Shown here: piece after piece, positions 30,704-42,252 of the stretch
Layout: each line of letters starts with the position of its first letter
Numbering within the stretch: the stretch's first letter is position 1
Source: Rhizobiaceae bacterium
Lineage (GTDB): Bacteria > Pseudomonadota > Alphaproteobacteria > Rhizobiales > Rhizobiaceae
NCBI GenBank assembly: GCA_050247155.1
Contig: JBFWUS010000021.1
Coordinates: forward strand, 3,666 to 67,665
DNA length: 64,000 nt
Direction of reading: 5' to 3'
Position numbers and translations under genes: made by a program
The notes under the pieces: generated by a model
Databases searched by the model: none
What the model was told of the DNA's origin: nothing
Seen by the model: the letters and a program-made list of their open reading frames with translations, nothing else

Positions 30704-32337
30704 GCGCCCCTCAGCGTCTGTATATGCGCCACAAGGCCGTTGGTCGAGGCGTCGCTGGTCGACGGCTTTTTGCCTTCGACGACGGGAAGCAGATTTGTGG
30801 CTAGTTCCTTGCCGAGTTCGACGCCCCACTGGTCGAAGGAGTTGATGTCGAACAGCACGCCCTCCACGAAGACGCGATGTTCGTAGAGGGCGATCAGGCG
30901 GCCCAGCGTTCGCGGGTCGAGCTTTTTGTACAAAATCGTCAGCGACGGGCGGTTGCCCGGGAAGACACGGTGCGGGGCGATTTTTTCCACCTCTGCCGCC
31001 TTCATGCCCTTGGCCAGCATCTGCGCCTTCGCTTCCTTCAGCGTACGGCCTTTCATCAGCGCTTCGGACTGCGCCAGACAGTTGGCCAACAGCAAGTCGT
31101 GATGGTGTTTCAACTCCGGCTCATGGCCTTCCGCAGCCGCCAGGAACTCGACGGGAATGGTGTCGGTGCCCTGATGCAGAAGTTGGAAGAAGGCATGCTG
31201 GCCGTTGGTGCCGGGCTCGCCCCAGACCAGCGGGCCGGTCGGCGTTTTCACCGGCGTGCCGTCGATGGTGACGCTCTTGCCGTTCGATTCCATATCGAGC
31301 TGCTGCAGATAGGCAGGCAGCCGGGCCAGACGCTGATCATAGGGGATCACCGCGCGTGCCGGGTAGCCGTAGATGACCCTGTGCCAATAACCGACGAGAC
31401 CGAGGACCGCAGGCAGGTTTTTGAGCGTCGGCGCCTTGGCGAAGTGCTGGTCCATCTCATGTGCACCGCCGAGAAAAGCGCGGAAATCTTCCGGACCTAT
31501 GGCCAGCATGATCGGCAGGCCGATGGCCGACCACAGCGAATATCGCCCGCCGACCCAATCCCAGAAGCCGAAGACACGTTCGGGCGCTATGCCAAAATCG
31601 GCGACCTTGTCGAGCGCGGTCGAAACCGCCGCGAAGTGGTGGACCACTGCCTCCTTGCCCAAAGCCATCTCGACCCACCGCCGGGCCGTCTCGGCATTGG
31701 TCATCGTCTCTACGGTGGTGAAGGTTTTGGAGGCGACAATGAAGAGCGTCGTCTCGGGCTTCAGACCCTTCAGCGTGTCATGGATATGCGCGCCATCGAC
31801 GTTGGATACGCAATGCGAACGCGGCCCGTCGTGATAGGGCGCCAACGCCAACGTCGCCATGGCGGGGCCAAGGTCGGAACCGCCGATGCCGATGTTGACG
31901 ACATCGGTGATAGGCTTGCCCGTCGCGCCCTTGGCGCTGCCGGAGCGGATGGCGTTGGCGAAATTTTCCATCGCATCGAGCACCGCTTTGACATCGCGCT
32001 GCACGTCCTGCCGGCCGATCTTGATGCCCTTGCCGTCGAGGCTGCGCAGCGCCGTATGCAGCACCGCGCGGTCCTCGGTGATGTTGATGCGTTTGCCCGA
32101 CAACATCGCCTTGCGCCGGTCGGCAAGACCGGCGACATCCGCCAGCTTTTCCAGCAAGGCCATTGTCTTTTCCGTGACGGCGCATTTCGACCAGTCGATC
32201 AACAGGTCGCCGTCGGTCAGCGAAAATTCGCGGAAGCGCTTCGGATCGTCGGCAAAGGCCTTGCGCATATTCTTCGGGGCGTCGGCGCGGTTCTTGCGCA
32301 AAGCGCCGAGCGCGGAAGCGACAGATTTTGCGGCCAC
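30700..32337 (-). CDS. pgi: Glucose-6-phosphate isomerase
   Basis: [48 protein letters not shown]; GTG start after GGAG. Confidence 0.97.
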   Translation of the reverse strand: MAAKSVASALGALRKNRADAPKNMRKAFADDPKRFREFSLTDGDLLIDWSKCAVTEKTMALLEKLADVAGLADRRKAMLSGKRINITEDRAVLHTALRSLDGKGIKIGRQDVQRDVKAVLDAMENFANAIRSGSAKGATGKPITDVVNIGIGGSDLGPAMATLALAPYHDGPRSHCVSNVDGAHIHDTLKGLKPETTLFIVASKTFTTVETMTNAETARRWVEMALGKEAVVHHFAAVSTALDKVADFGIAPERVFGFWDWVGGRYSLWSAIGLPIMLAIGPEDFRAFLGGAHEMDQHFAKAPTLKNLPAVLGLVGYWHRVIYGYPARAVIPYDQRLARLPAYLQQLDMESNGKSVTIDGTPVKTPTGPLVWGEPGTNGQHAFFQLLHQGTDTIPVEFLAAAEGHEPELKHHHDLLLANCLAQSEALMKGRTLKEAKAQMLAKGMKAAEVEKIAPHRVFPGNRPSLTILYKKLDPRTLGRLIALYEHRVFVEGVLFDINSFDQWGVELGKELATNLLPVVEGKKPSTSDASTNGLVAHIQTLRGA

Positions 32338-32573
32338 GGCATATCTCCAGAACATGCAGGTTTCAGCGCATTCCATAGCACAGTGACAGCAGCCGCAAGA
32401 GCCCAATCGCGGCCGCGAAGAACATGAAGAAATATTAGCTCGCGTGATTGGACGCTGACGATCGATCAGCGCAGTGAATGGTACAGATCAGAATAATTCA
32501 TTGGCGCAATGCGTTGGACCACCGATACCTTCCCGCTGCCCCCAAGATATAGACCGCGCCACGAGGAGACGTT

Positions 32574-34070
32574 ATGCCACAGAGAAATGACACGGCCATC
32601 TGGTCCGGCCTCTTCCGCATTTCGGCCGAGTCCGGCCAGACGTTGCAGGCGCAGATTCGCCAGGCAATCGTTGCGGCCATTCTGGATCGTCAGATCGCGG
32701 CGTCAATGCCCTTGCCGTCCTGCCGCATCCTTGCGGAAAAACTCGGCGTGGCGCGCGGCACCGTGGTGCTGGCGTTCCAGCAACTCGTCGACCAGGGCTT
32801 CTTGATCGCGCGCGAACGGCGCGGCCATTTCGTCAATCCCGATGTGATCGCCAGCCCGCCCCGGCCTCTACAAAAGACCGAGCAGCCGGTCGACCAGGTC
32901 GACTGGAAGGCGATGCGCAAACTGGAGCCGACTGAAATCGCGCCGCCGCCCTTGCAGAACAACAACTGGATCAAGTCGCCCTACCCCTTTGTCTACGGTC
33001 AGTTCGACCCGTCGCTGTTCCCGACGCCGGAGTGGCGGGAGTGCAACCGCATGGCGCTCGCCGTGCTGGAAATCCGCAACTGGGCGGCCGATGTCGGCGA
33101 CCGCGACGATCCGCTGCTGATCGAGCAGATCCAGGCGCGACTGTTGCCGCGGCGTGGGATCTTCGCCAATCCGGATGAGATCATCGTGACGCTCGGCGCG
33201 CAGAACGCGCTCTACATGCTGGCGACGCTGATGATGAGCAAGGGCAGCAAGGTGGCCATGGAAGACCCGGGCTATCCTGACGCGCGCTCGATCTTCCGGC
33301 TCGCCGGCGCCGAAATCGCGCCGACGCCGGTGGACACGCAGGGCATCGTGACAAGCGCAATCCCACAGGATGCGAATTTCGTGTTCGTCACGCCGAGCCA
33401 CCAGTGCCCGACAATGGTTTCGCTCAGCGCCGAGCGGCGGTCCGACCTGTTGAAGCGCGCCGCGCGCGACAACCAGATTATCATCGAGGACGGTTATGAC
33501 GGCCAGTTGATCGACGAGGCGCCGCAACAGGCCCTGAAGAGCCAGGACAAGAGCGGGCGTGTGGTCTATGTCGGCTCGATGTCGAAGACGCTCGCGCCGG
33601 GCCTGCGTCTTGGCTACATCGTCGCCTCGGCAGAGTTGATTGCGGAGTTGCGCGCGTTGCGGCGTTTCATGCTCAGGCACCCGCCGGCCAACAACCAGCG
33701 GGCGGTGGCGCTGTTCCTGTCGCTCGGTCATCATGATGCCTTGGTCCGGCGGCTCTCGACCGCCTTCGAGGAGCGGCGCAAGCGCATCTTCGGCGCGATC
33801 GGCAACTATCTGCCGGAGTGGCGCTCGACCGACCCGGCCGGCGGTTCGTCGCTCTGGCTGGAAGGCCCGCGCGGCGTCGATACCCGCTACATCGCGGAGA
33901 TGGCGGCCAAGCGAGGAGTGATCATCGAGCCCGGCGACCGGTTCTTCGACACGAAGGACAAGCCGACCCGCTTCATGCGACTTGGCATTTCCTCGATCGG
34001 CCAGCAGCACATCGAGCCGGGCATCCGCGAACTGGCGAATTCGATCGAACGTCGGGCGGTCGCGGCCTAG
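32574..34070 (+). CDS. MocR/GabR family regulator (GntR HTH plus PLP aminotransferase domain)
   Basis: LPSCRILAEKLGVARGTV HTH; TPSHQCPT, IIEDGYD, GSMSKTLAPGLRLGY. Confidence 0.9.
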   Translation: MPQRNDTAIWSGLFRISAESGQTLQAQIRQAIVAAILDRQIAASMPLPSCRILAEKLGVARGTVVLAFQQLVDQGFLIARERRGHFVNPDVIASPPRPLQKTEQPVDQVDWKAMRKLEPTEIAPPPLQNNNWIKSPYPFVYGQFDPSLFPTPEWRECNRMALAVLEIRNWAADVGDRDDPLLIEQIQARLLPRRGIFANPDEIIVTLGAQNALYMLATLMMSKGSKVAMEDPGYPDARSIFRLAGAEIAPTPVDTQGIVTSAIPQDANFVFVTPSHQCPTMVSLSAERRSDLLKRAARDNQIIIEDGYDGQLIDEAPQQALKSQDKSGRVVYVGSMSKTLAPGLRLGYIVASAELIAELRALRRFMLRHPPANNQRAVALFLSLGHHDALVRRLSTAFEERRKRIFGAIGNYLPEWRSTDPAGGSSLWLEGPRGVDTRYIAEMAAKRGVIIEPGDRFFDTKDKPTRFMRLGISSIGQQHIEPGIRELANSIERRAVAA

Positions 34071-34073
34071 CAT

Positions 34074-34210
34074 TACAGTTGCAATTCGCCAGTCCCTGGT
34101 GAAAAGGGTGCTTTTCGGGCCTCGGAGCGGAGCGTACATTCACGTACGTGAGCATCGAAGCGCAGAAAAACGCCCTTTGCAGCCTGGCATGGCAAAAAGT
34201 GCAATCTGTA
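34074..34210. repeat. 137-bp imperfect palindromic intergenic element with TACAG/CTGTA ends
   Basis: TACAG(A)TTGCA ends; AAAGGGTGCTTTTC vs GAAAAACGCCCTTT (12/14); central CGTAC-ATTCAC-GTACG. Confidence 0.7.
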
Positions 34211-34234
34211 GTGTTGGGGTAAGGACGGCGAAAC

Positions 34235-35200
34235 ATGCTGCACATTTCCGCTGACGATGTCGACGGCGCCTTGACCTTTGGCGGACTGGTGGAGACGCTG
34301 CGTCAGGCCTTCAGGGCTGGCGCGGTCCAACCGGTGCGCCATCACCACACGATCGAACGCCCGGACGGCGCGGCCTCGACATTGCTGCTGATGCCGGCCT
34401 GGACCGACTTCAACGTGGTAGGCACGTCGACCGGCGGTTTTGTCGGGGTCAAGGTCGTCACCGTTTCGCCCGACAACAATATGATCGGCAAGCCGGCGGT
34501 CATGGGGCTTTATCTGTTGCTCGATGGGGTAACCGGCGAGCCGCGCGCGCTAATCGATGGACAACGGCTGACGCAATGGCGCACCGCCTGCGCGTCCGCG
34601 CTTGCGGCCAGCTATCTGGCGCGCGACGATGCCTCGACGCTGCTCATTGTCGGAGCGGGGGCCCTCTGCCCCTTTCTGGCGAAGGCTCATTCGGCTGCGC
34701 GGCCAATCCGCGAAATCAGGATATGGAACCGCACGCCGGAAAATGCCGAAAAGGCTGCGGCGGAATTGCGCCAGGAAGGATTTGACGCCCAGGTTGCGAC
34801 CGACCTTGGCGTTGCGTTGGGACAGGCGGACATCATCTCCTCGGCCACCATATCGACACAGCCGCTGATCAAAGGCGCCTTGCTGAAGCCGGGAGCGCAT
34901 GTCGATCTGGTCGGCGGCTTCACCCCGGCGATGCGCGAGGCGGACGACGACGCCATCCGCCGCGCCCGCGTCTATGTCGACACAAGAGCCGGCGCAACCA
35001 AGGAAGCCGGCGACATCGTGCAACCATTGGCTTCCGGTGTTCTGAATGCCGAAGCCATCGTCGCCGACCTTCACGAACTGACCCGCGGCCAGCGGCGCGG
35101 ACGCGAAAACGCCGACGAGATCACGCTGTTCAAATCGGTTGGGGCAGCGCTGGAGGACCTCGCCGCCGCCACCGCCGTTTACGGCAAAGTGAGCGCCTGA
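34235..35200 (+). CDS. Ornithine cyclodeaminase / mu-crystallin family protein
   Basis: LTQWRTACASALA, IVGAG, ITLFKSVGAALEDLAAA. Confidence 0.9.
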   Translation: MLHISADDVDGALTFGGLVETLRQAFRAGAVQPVRHHHTIERPDGAASTLLLMPAWTDFNVVGTSTGGFVGVKVVTVSPDNNMIGKPAVMGLYLLLDGVTGEPRALIDGQRLTQWRTACASALAASYLARDDASTLLIVGAGALCPFLAKAHSAARPIREIRIWNRTPENAEKAAAELRQEGFDAQVATDLGVALGQADIISSATISTQPLIKGALLKPGAHVDLVGGFTPAMREADDDAIRRARVYVDTRAGATKEAGDIVQPLASGVLNAEAIVADLHELTRGQRRGRENADEITLFKSVGAALEDLAAATAVYGKVSA

Positions 35201-35267
35201 CGCGGCGCTAATGTTGCCTGCCCGAAGCGGCTATGGCAGAAGCGGCGCGATTTTGGAGCCGCATCCG

Positions 35268-36296
35268 TTGAAACCCTCGCGCGACAAGCGCCCCCTTCGC
35301 CGCGACGACCGTCGTCCCGCCCCACAGGAAGCGCGGCGGCCCGCGCCGGTGGTCGAGGCAACGCCAAAATCCGAATCGCGCCCCCGCCCGTCCGGCCCGC
35401 TACCAGCCGAGCACCTGCCGCTTATCCTCGAAGTGCTGCCCAACGCCGACTACGCTCTGATCGACAGCGGGGCGGGCCGCAAGCTCGAACAGTACGGCCC
35501 TTACCGCATCGTGCGGCCGGAAGGGCAAGCGATCTGGCAGCCCGCCTTGCCGGAGCGCGAGTGGCTGAAAGCCGATGCTATCTTCACCGGCGACACGGAC
35601 GAGGAGGGAATGGGCCGCTGGCGCTTTCCCAGAGCGGCGCTTGGCGAAACCTGGCCGATGAAGCACCACGGCATCGATTATCTGGGCCGTTTCACCTCCT
35701 TCCGCCATGTCGGCGTTTTCCCCGAGCAGGCGTCGCATTGGGAGCATATGGCAGGCCTAATCGAGGCCGCAACACGCCCGGTCAAGGTGCTGAACCTCTT
35801 CGGCTACACGGGTCTCGCCTCATTGGTTGCCGCACAGGCCGGCGCGGAAGTCACTCATGTCGACGCGTCGAAAAAGGCGATCGGTTGGGCGCGGGAAAAC
35901 CAGGAGATGGCGCGCCTCACGGACAAGCCGATCCGCTGGATCTGCGAAGACGCCGTGAAGTTCGTCGAGCGCGAGGAGCGCCGCGGCAGCCGCTACGACA
36001 TCATCCTGCTCGATCCGCCTGCCTATGGCCGCGGGCCCAAGGGCGAGATCTGGCAGCTCTTCGACAACCTTCCGGCGATGGTCGAGACCTGCCGCGCTAT
36101 TCTGACGCCGAAGCCGCTAGGCGTGGTGTTGACGGCATATTCGATCCGGGCCTCGTTCTTCGCCATCCACGCCCTGATGCGCGATACGTTCGCCGGCATG
36201 GGCGGCATGGTCGAATCCGGGGAATTGATTATCCGCGAACAGGCAGCCGGCCGCGCTTTGTCTACGTCCCTGTTTTCCCGATGGTTGGCGCGATGA
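35268..36296 (+). CDS. Class I SAM-dependent methyltransferase (RlmI/RlmK-like)
   Basis: DSGAGRKLEQYG, HVGVFPEQ, VLNLFGYTG, DPPAYGRGPKGE; TTG start after GGAG. Confidence 0.85.
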   Translation: MKPSRDKRPLRRDDRRPAPQEARRPAPVVEATPKSESRPRPSGPLPAEHLPLILEVLPNADYALIDSGAGRKLEQYGPYRIVRPEGQAIWQPALPEREWLKADAIFTGDTDEEGMGRWRFPRAALGETWPMKHHGIDYLGRFTSFRHVGVFPEQASHWEHMAGLIEAATRPVKVLNLFGYTGLASLVAAQAGAEVTHVDASKKAIGWARENQEMARLTDKPIRWICEDAVKFVEREERRGSRYDIILLDPPAYGRGPKGEIWQLFDNLPAMVETCRAILTPKPLGVVLTAYSIRASFFAIHALMRDTFAGMGGMVESGELIIREQAAGRALSTSLFSRWLAR

Positions 36297-37147
36297 GCGA
36301 GCGACACGCCGGCGCGCCCGGTCAGGTCAAGGAAGTCACCAGCCTGGCCAACCCGCTGGTCAAGGACATCAAGGCGCTGGCGCTCAAGAAATTCCGTGAC
36401 CAGCAGCATGCGTTCATGGCCGAAGGCCTGAAGCTGGTGATCGATGCGCTGGAGTTGGGTTGGTCGATCAAGACCCTCGTCTTTGCAAAATCAGCGAAAA
36501 CGAACCCGGCGGTTGAAAAAGCCGCGGCGCGCACGGTTGCCGCCGGCGGCACGGTGCTGGAGGTCAGCGAGAAGGTGCTGGGCGCAATCACCCGCCGCGA
36601 CAACCCGCAAATGGTCGTCGGCGTCTTTCGGCAACGCTTCGTCGACATCAGGGATATCCGGCCCCGGGACGGCGACGTCTGGGTCGGGCTCGACCGTGTG
36701 CGGGATCCTGGCAATCTGGGCACCGTCATCCGCACGGTCGACGCGGTCGGGGCCAAAGGGGTTATCCTCATTGGGGAAACGACCGATCCGTTCTCGCTCG
36801 AAACCGTACGGGCCACCATGGGATCGATCTTTTCCGTGCCAGTGGCGAAGGCATCGCCGGAAGCTTTTCTTGGCTGGCGCAAGTCCTTCGCCGGACTGGT
36901 GGTGGGGACCCATCTCAAAGGCGCGGTCGACTACCGCACCATTCGCTATGGCGAAAAGCCCACCCTGCTTTTGATGGGCAATGAACAGCAGGGCCTGCCC
37001 GACATTTTGGCCGGGGCTTGCGACAAGCTTGCCCGCATCCCTCAGGCCGGCCGCGCTGACTCGCTGAATCTTGCGGTCGCCACCGGCGTCATGCTGTTCG
37101 AAATCCGTCGCTCGGCGCTTCATCTGACGGATGGCGATCCCGCATGA
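36293..37147 (+). CDS. SpoU/TrmH family RNA methyltransferase
   Basis: DRVRDPGNLGTVIRT, MGNEQQGL, DSLNLAVA; ATGA overlap with the upstream gene. Confidence 0.9.
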   Translation: MSERHAGAPGQVKEVTSLANPLVKDIKALALKKFRDQQHAFMAEGLKLVIDALELGWSIKTLVFAKSAKTNPAVEKAAARTVAAGGTVLEVSEKVLGAITRRDNPQMVVGVFRQRFVDIRDIRPRDGDVWVGLDRVRDPGNLGTVIRTVDAVGAKGVILIGETTDPFSLETVRATMGSIFSVPVAKASPEAFLGWRKSFAGLVVGTHLKGAVDYRTIRYGEKPTLLLMGNEQQGLPDILAGACDKLARIPQAGRADSLNLAVATGVMLFEIRRSALHLTDGDPA

Positions 37148-37635
37148 ATGGTCGTACCTACGTCCCCTACGCGGCGCTTGCCGTCGTCGCGATCGCGTTC
37201 GATCAATGGATCAAGCACTTGGTGGAAACGATGCTGCCGATGCAGCAGCCGATCGAAATCCTGCCGTTCCTGGCGCTCTATCGTACCTATAACACTGGCG
37301 TCGCCTTCTCGATGTTTTCGTTCGTCGGCGACAAAGGCCTCATTCTCGTCTCGCTTGCGGTCATTGCCTTCGTGCTCTATCTGGCGACGCGCACAGCTCC
37401 CGGCCATATCCTCGCCCGCATCGGTTTCGCCCTCATCATCGGCGGAGCAGCCGGCAACATCATCGACCGTTCGGTGTTCGGCCATGTCATCGATTACATC
37501 CTGTTCCATACCCCGGGATGGTCGTTCGCCGTGTTCAATCTCGCCGACGCCTTCATCACCGTCGGCGCGGCCGCGGTGATCGCCGACGAGTTCTTCGGCC
37601 TGGGCCGTCGCGCGGAAATCGCCTCGGACGAATAG
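37144..37635 (+). CDS. lspA: Lipoprotein signal peptidase II
   Basis: DQWIK, NTGVAFS, GGAAGNIIDR, GHVIDYI, FAVFNLAD. Confidence 0.95.
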   Translation: MNGRTYVPYAALAVVAIAFDQWIKHLVETMLPMQQPIEILPFLALYRTYNTGVAFSMFSFVGDKGLILVSLAVIAFVLYLATRTAPGHILARIGFALIIGGAAGNIIDRSVFGHVIDYILFHTPGWSFAVFNLADAFITVGAAAVIADEFFGLGRRAEIASDE

Positions 37636-37727
37636 AGCTTGCCCCATCTGTGCTGTCGCGAGATTATCCAGCGGCAAGGCCATCGCCCCACGAAAGGCTC
37701 CCGCGAGGCGAACAAGGGCAACGACCG

Positions 37728-38285
37728 ATGGGCTACGGTTTCCGATTCTCGACCGCGCGCGACCTCTTCGACGCTTTTCCGACGGCGGGCGAGGATATGC
37801 GCGCCGCACCGACGGATCAGCCGTCATTGACGTTCTGCCGCTCGCTGGTGGCAAGCCGCATCCCGGAAGAGGCGATCACCTTTTGCGCCTATCTCCTGCC
37901 CGGCCGTGTCGCCGTCTGGTGGGGTCACGAATGCCTCGTTCAACTGTCGTCGGCGTTGAACGAACAGGATTTTCGCATGCTCGCTTTGGTACATGGCTGG
38001 GTCAGCGATCCGAGCGAATATCGGCGTTTCGTCGTGCTGGATGAGGCTTTGGCTGCCGAGGAGCGTACGCCAGCGGTGTGGATCGCGCTTGCCGCGGGCT
38101 GGAGCGAAGCACCCGGTGCATCAAACGGGCAAGCGCAAATGCACAGCCGCACCGCCCGTGCGCTCAATACCGGCATCCTCGCTGGGCTGGCCCGCGTGGC
38201 TCTTGCCGATCGGGCGCCCGCGCTGACCGACTTCGTGGCCATGGGCATGCAGTTGGCCGAGTTTGAGGCGTCGCGCCTCAGTTAG
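37728..38285 (+). CDS. Hypothetical protein resembling the DUF6931 family
   Basis: EEAITFCAYLLPGRVAVWWGHECL, WIALAAGWS pattern recalled from this family. Confidence 0.55.
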   Translation: MGYGFRFSTARDLFDAFPTAGEDMRAAPTDQPSLTFCRSLVASRIPEEAITFCAYLLPGRVAVWWGHECLVQLSSALNEQDFRMLALVHGWVSDPSEYRRFVVLDEALAAEERTPAVWIALAAGWSEAPGASNGQAQMHSRTARALNTGILAGLARVALADRAPALTDFVAMGMQLAEFEASRLS

Positions 38286-38374
38286 GGCGCTAGATGGGCC
38301 GGGCGCATCTCCATGTGAGGATGGACTAAAGTATAACATCATCACCACGGACAGGGCTTTCCCACAAAGTTTAG

Positions 38375-39580
<1,206 letters not shown>

Positions 39581-39644
39581 TTAAATGTGCCGCATGTTTG
39601 ATCTGCAGTGCAGAACGGCTAAGACATAGCCGAGGAGAACGGTT

Positions 39645-40457
39645 TTGCAGTTTGCCCGATTGAACGGCATCGTCATGCACTACCAGCTTATCGGTACGGC
39701 GCCCGGCAAGCCGACCCTGGTGTTCGCCAATTCGCTGGGCACCGATTTCCGCATCTGGCGAGACGTGGTCTTGCGGTTGGCGGGTGATTACGCGATCGTT
39801 CTTTACGACAAGCGGGGCCACGGCCTGAGCACACTGGGTGATGCGCCGCACCGGATCGAAACCCATGCCGCCGATAGCGCGGCTTTGCTGGACCATCTTT
39901 CCGTGAAATCGGCGATCTTCTGCGGCCTTTCGATCGGCGGCTTGATTGCGCAGGCGTTGTACGCCGCGCGGCCCGACCTGATCCGCGCGATCATCTTTTG
40001 TGATACCGCGCACAAGATCGGCACCGCCGAGATGTGGAACGGACGTATTGCCTCGGCTCGCGGTCCGGGTATCGCAAGCTTTGCCGACGGCGTAATGGAA
40101 AAGTGGTTCACGCCGGATTTTCATGCCTACCGCGCCGACGAACTGAGCGGCTATCGCACCATGCTCGCCCGGCAGTCCGTTGAAGGCTATGCGGCCGCCT
40201 GCGCCGCCATTCGCGATGCCGATTTCAGCGCGGTGGCCAGGCGCATCGCCGTTCCGGCAATGTGCGTGGTGGGCGATCAGGATGGTTCGACGCCGCCCGA
40301 ACTCGTTCGCTGGCTGGCTGATCTGGTTCCCGGCGCACGCTTTGAGATAATCGCCGACGCGGCGCATATTCCTTGCGTCGAGCAGCCGGCCGCGCTGACG
40401 GCGTTGCTTGTCGATTTCATCGCGAAACTGCCGGCGGAAGCAAACGCGAATGGCTGA
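39645..40457 (+). CDS. pcaD: 3-oxoadipate enol-lactonase
   Basis: NSLGTDFRIW, YDKRGHGLS, GLSIGG, HIPCVEQP; TTG start after GAGGAG. Confidence 0.93.
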   Translation: MQFARLNGIVMHYQLIGTAPGKPTLVFANSLGTDFRIWRDVVLRLAGDYAIVLYDKRGHGLSTLGDAPHRIETHAADSAALLDHLSVKSAIFCGLSIGGLIAQALYAARPDLIRAIIFCDTAHKIGTAEMWNGRIASARGPGIASFADGVMEKWFTPDFHAYRADELSGYRTMLARQSVEGYAAACAAIRDADFSAVARRIAVPAMCVVGDQDGSTPPELVRWLADLVPGARFEIIADAAHIPCVEQPAALTALLVDFIAKLPAEANANG

Positions 40458-40854
40458 GATTGGCGGCAAACCCGAGCGCCGAGCCCAGGCTATGTCGACG
40501 CGCCGCCAGGTGCTCGGCGACGCTCACGTCGACCGGGCGATTGCCGCGACGACCGATTTTGACCGACCGTTTCAGGAACTCATAACCGAGGCTGCCTGGG
40601 GCCATGTCTGGTCACGCCCGCACTGGTCGAAGCGGGAACGGTCTGTCGTCACGATCGCCCTGCTTGCGGCTCTTGGTCATCATGACGAACTGGCGATGCA
40701 CATTCGCGCCACCGCAAACACCGGCGCGACTCGCGACGACATCGCCGAGGCACTGATGCATGTCGCGATCTATGCCGGCATTCCCGCCGCCAACGCGGCC
40801 TTTCGCGTGGCCAAGCAGGAGTTGGAAAACATGGGCGGCGGTAAGGCCGGCTAA
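40450..40854 (+). CDS. pcaC: 4-carboxymuconolactone decarboxylase
   Basis: [35 protein letters not shown]. Confidence 0.92.
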   Translation: MAEIGGKPERRAQAMSTRRQVLGDAHVDRAIAATTDFDRPFQELITEAAWGHVWSRPHWSKRERSVVTIALLAALGHHDELAMHIRATANTGATRDDIAEALMHVAIYAGIPAANAAFRVAKQELENMGGGKAG

Positions 40855-40855
40855 G

Positions 40856-41602
40856 ATGGTCGATCGTTCCCACAAACCGGAGACGACCCCGTTCTTCGCA
40901 CGCGATCGAGACAGGCAGCCGCCCGCCTATACGCCGTCTTATAAGACATCGATCCTGCGTTCGCCGCAAAAGGCGCTGCTATCCTTCGACAATTCCATAT
41001 CGGAGATCGCCGGCCCGGTTTTCGGTCACTCCCTGCTTGGCGAACTGGACAACGACCTGATCCACAACTTCGCCAAGCCGGGCGAATCCGCTATCGGCGA
41101 GCGCATCATCGTCCATGGCCGGGTTCTCGACGAGCGCGGCCTGCCGGTTCCGGGTGCTCTGCTGGAATTCTGGCAGGCCAATGCGGGCGGGCGCTACCGG
41201 CATAAGAAGGAAGGCTATCTCGCGCCTTTGGATCCGAATTTCGGCGGCTGCGGCCGCGCTATCACCGCACATGACGGCAGCTATGCATTGCGCACGGTCA
41301 AGCCAGGCCCCTACCCTTGGCCGAATGGCCCGAATGACTGGCGTCCAGCGCACATTCATTTTTCCGTGTTCGGCCATGGCTTCGCCCAGCGGCTGATCAC
41401 CCAGATGTATTTCGAAGGCGATCCGCTGATCTGGCGCTGTCCGATCGTGCGCACCATCCCGGACAAAAGGGACATCGAAAGCCTGATCGCGCCGCTCGAC
41501 ATGGCCAACACCGTTCCCATGGACGCTCGCGCCTACAAATTCGACATCGTTCTGCGCGGCCGGCGTTCGACTCCGTTCGAAAACCGTCCGGAGGGCAATT
41601 GA
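40856..41602 (+). CDS. pcaH: Protocatechuate 3,4-dioxygenase beta subunit
   Basis: [33 protein letters not shown]. Confidence 0.95.
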   Translation: MVDRSHKPETTPFFARDRDRQPPAYTPSYKTSILRSPQKALLSFDNSISEIAGPVFGHSLLGELDNDLIHNFAKPGESAIGERIIVHGRVLDERGLPVPGALLEFWQANAGGRYRHKKEGYLAPLDPNFGGCGRAITAHDGSYALRTVKPGPYPWPNGPNDWRPAHIHFSVFGHGFAQRLITQMYFEGDPLIWRCPIVRTIPDKRDIESLIAPLDMANTVPMDARAYKFDIVLRGRRSTPFENRPEGN

Positions 41603-42216
41603 TGCCGCAGGCGCTCGATCTTTTGAAGGAAACGGCTTCCCAGACGGCGGGGCCATATGTCCATATCGGCCTGACGCCGAATTTTTGCGGCATCGGCGGC
41701 GTCTATCTGTCCGACCTCGGCGGATCAATGGTGGAGGCCAGAACGCGCGGCGAGCGGATCACGGTGCGCGGCCGGGTGATCGACGGCGCCGGCGCGCCCC
41801 TGCGCGACGCGTTGGTGGAGATTTGGCAAGCCGATGCCGACGGCCTTTACAACAGTCCGGCCGAAACCCGCGGCGCGGCCGACCCTCACTTCACCGGCTG
41901 GGGCCGTTGCGCAACCGACGATGCCAGCGGCGAATACAGGTTCGATACCATCAAGCCAGGCCGCGCACCTTTCCGGGATGGCCGCTGGATGGCGCCGCAC
42001 ATCACCGTCTGGATCGTCGCGCGCGGCATCAATCTCGGCCTGCACACGCGCATGTATTTTGCGGATGAGGCAGCGGCCAATGCCGAGGACCCGTTGCTCG
42101 CACGCGTCGAGCATCGCCACCGTGTAGCGACGCTGGTCGCCCCGCGCGATGGTGACGTCTACACCTTCGACATCCATTTGCAGGGCGATAAGGAAACGAT
42201 ATTCCTCGACATCTGA
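41602..42216 (+). CDS. pcaG: Protocatechuate 3,4-dioxygenase alpha subunit
   Basis: ETASQTAGPYVHIGL, WQADADG, ARGINLGLHTRMYF. Confidence 0.95.
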   Translation: MPQALDLLKETASQTAGPYVHIGLTPNFCGIGGVYLSDLGGSMVEARTRGERITVRGRVIDGAGAPLRDALVEIWQADADGLYNSPAETRGAADPHFTGWGRCATDDASGEYRFDTIKPGRAPFRDGRWMAPHITVWIVARGINLGLHTRMYFADEAAANAEDPLLARVEHRHRVATLVAPRDGDVYTFDIHLQGDKETIFLDI

Positions 42217-42252
42217 CCGACCTTTCGGGAACCATGGCATGTATGGTGGCGC

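Noticed and set aside
21719-31834. Long antisense ORFs such as 21719..22972, 23072..24406, 25513..27300 and 28233..29273
   Set aside because: In-register antisense frames of strongly GC3-biased genes; no protein motifs.
32440-32560. TGGAC/TAGAC repeats and TGGC/TGGT motifs upstream of the MocR gene
   Set aside because: Spacing fits neither a sigma54 -24/-12 promoter nor a regular MocR direct-repeat operator.
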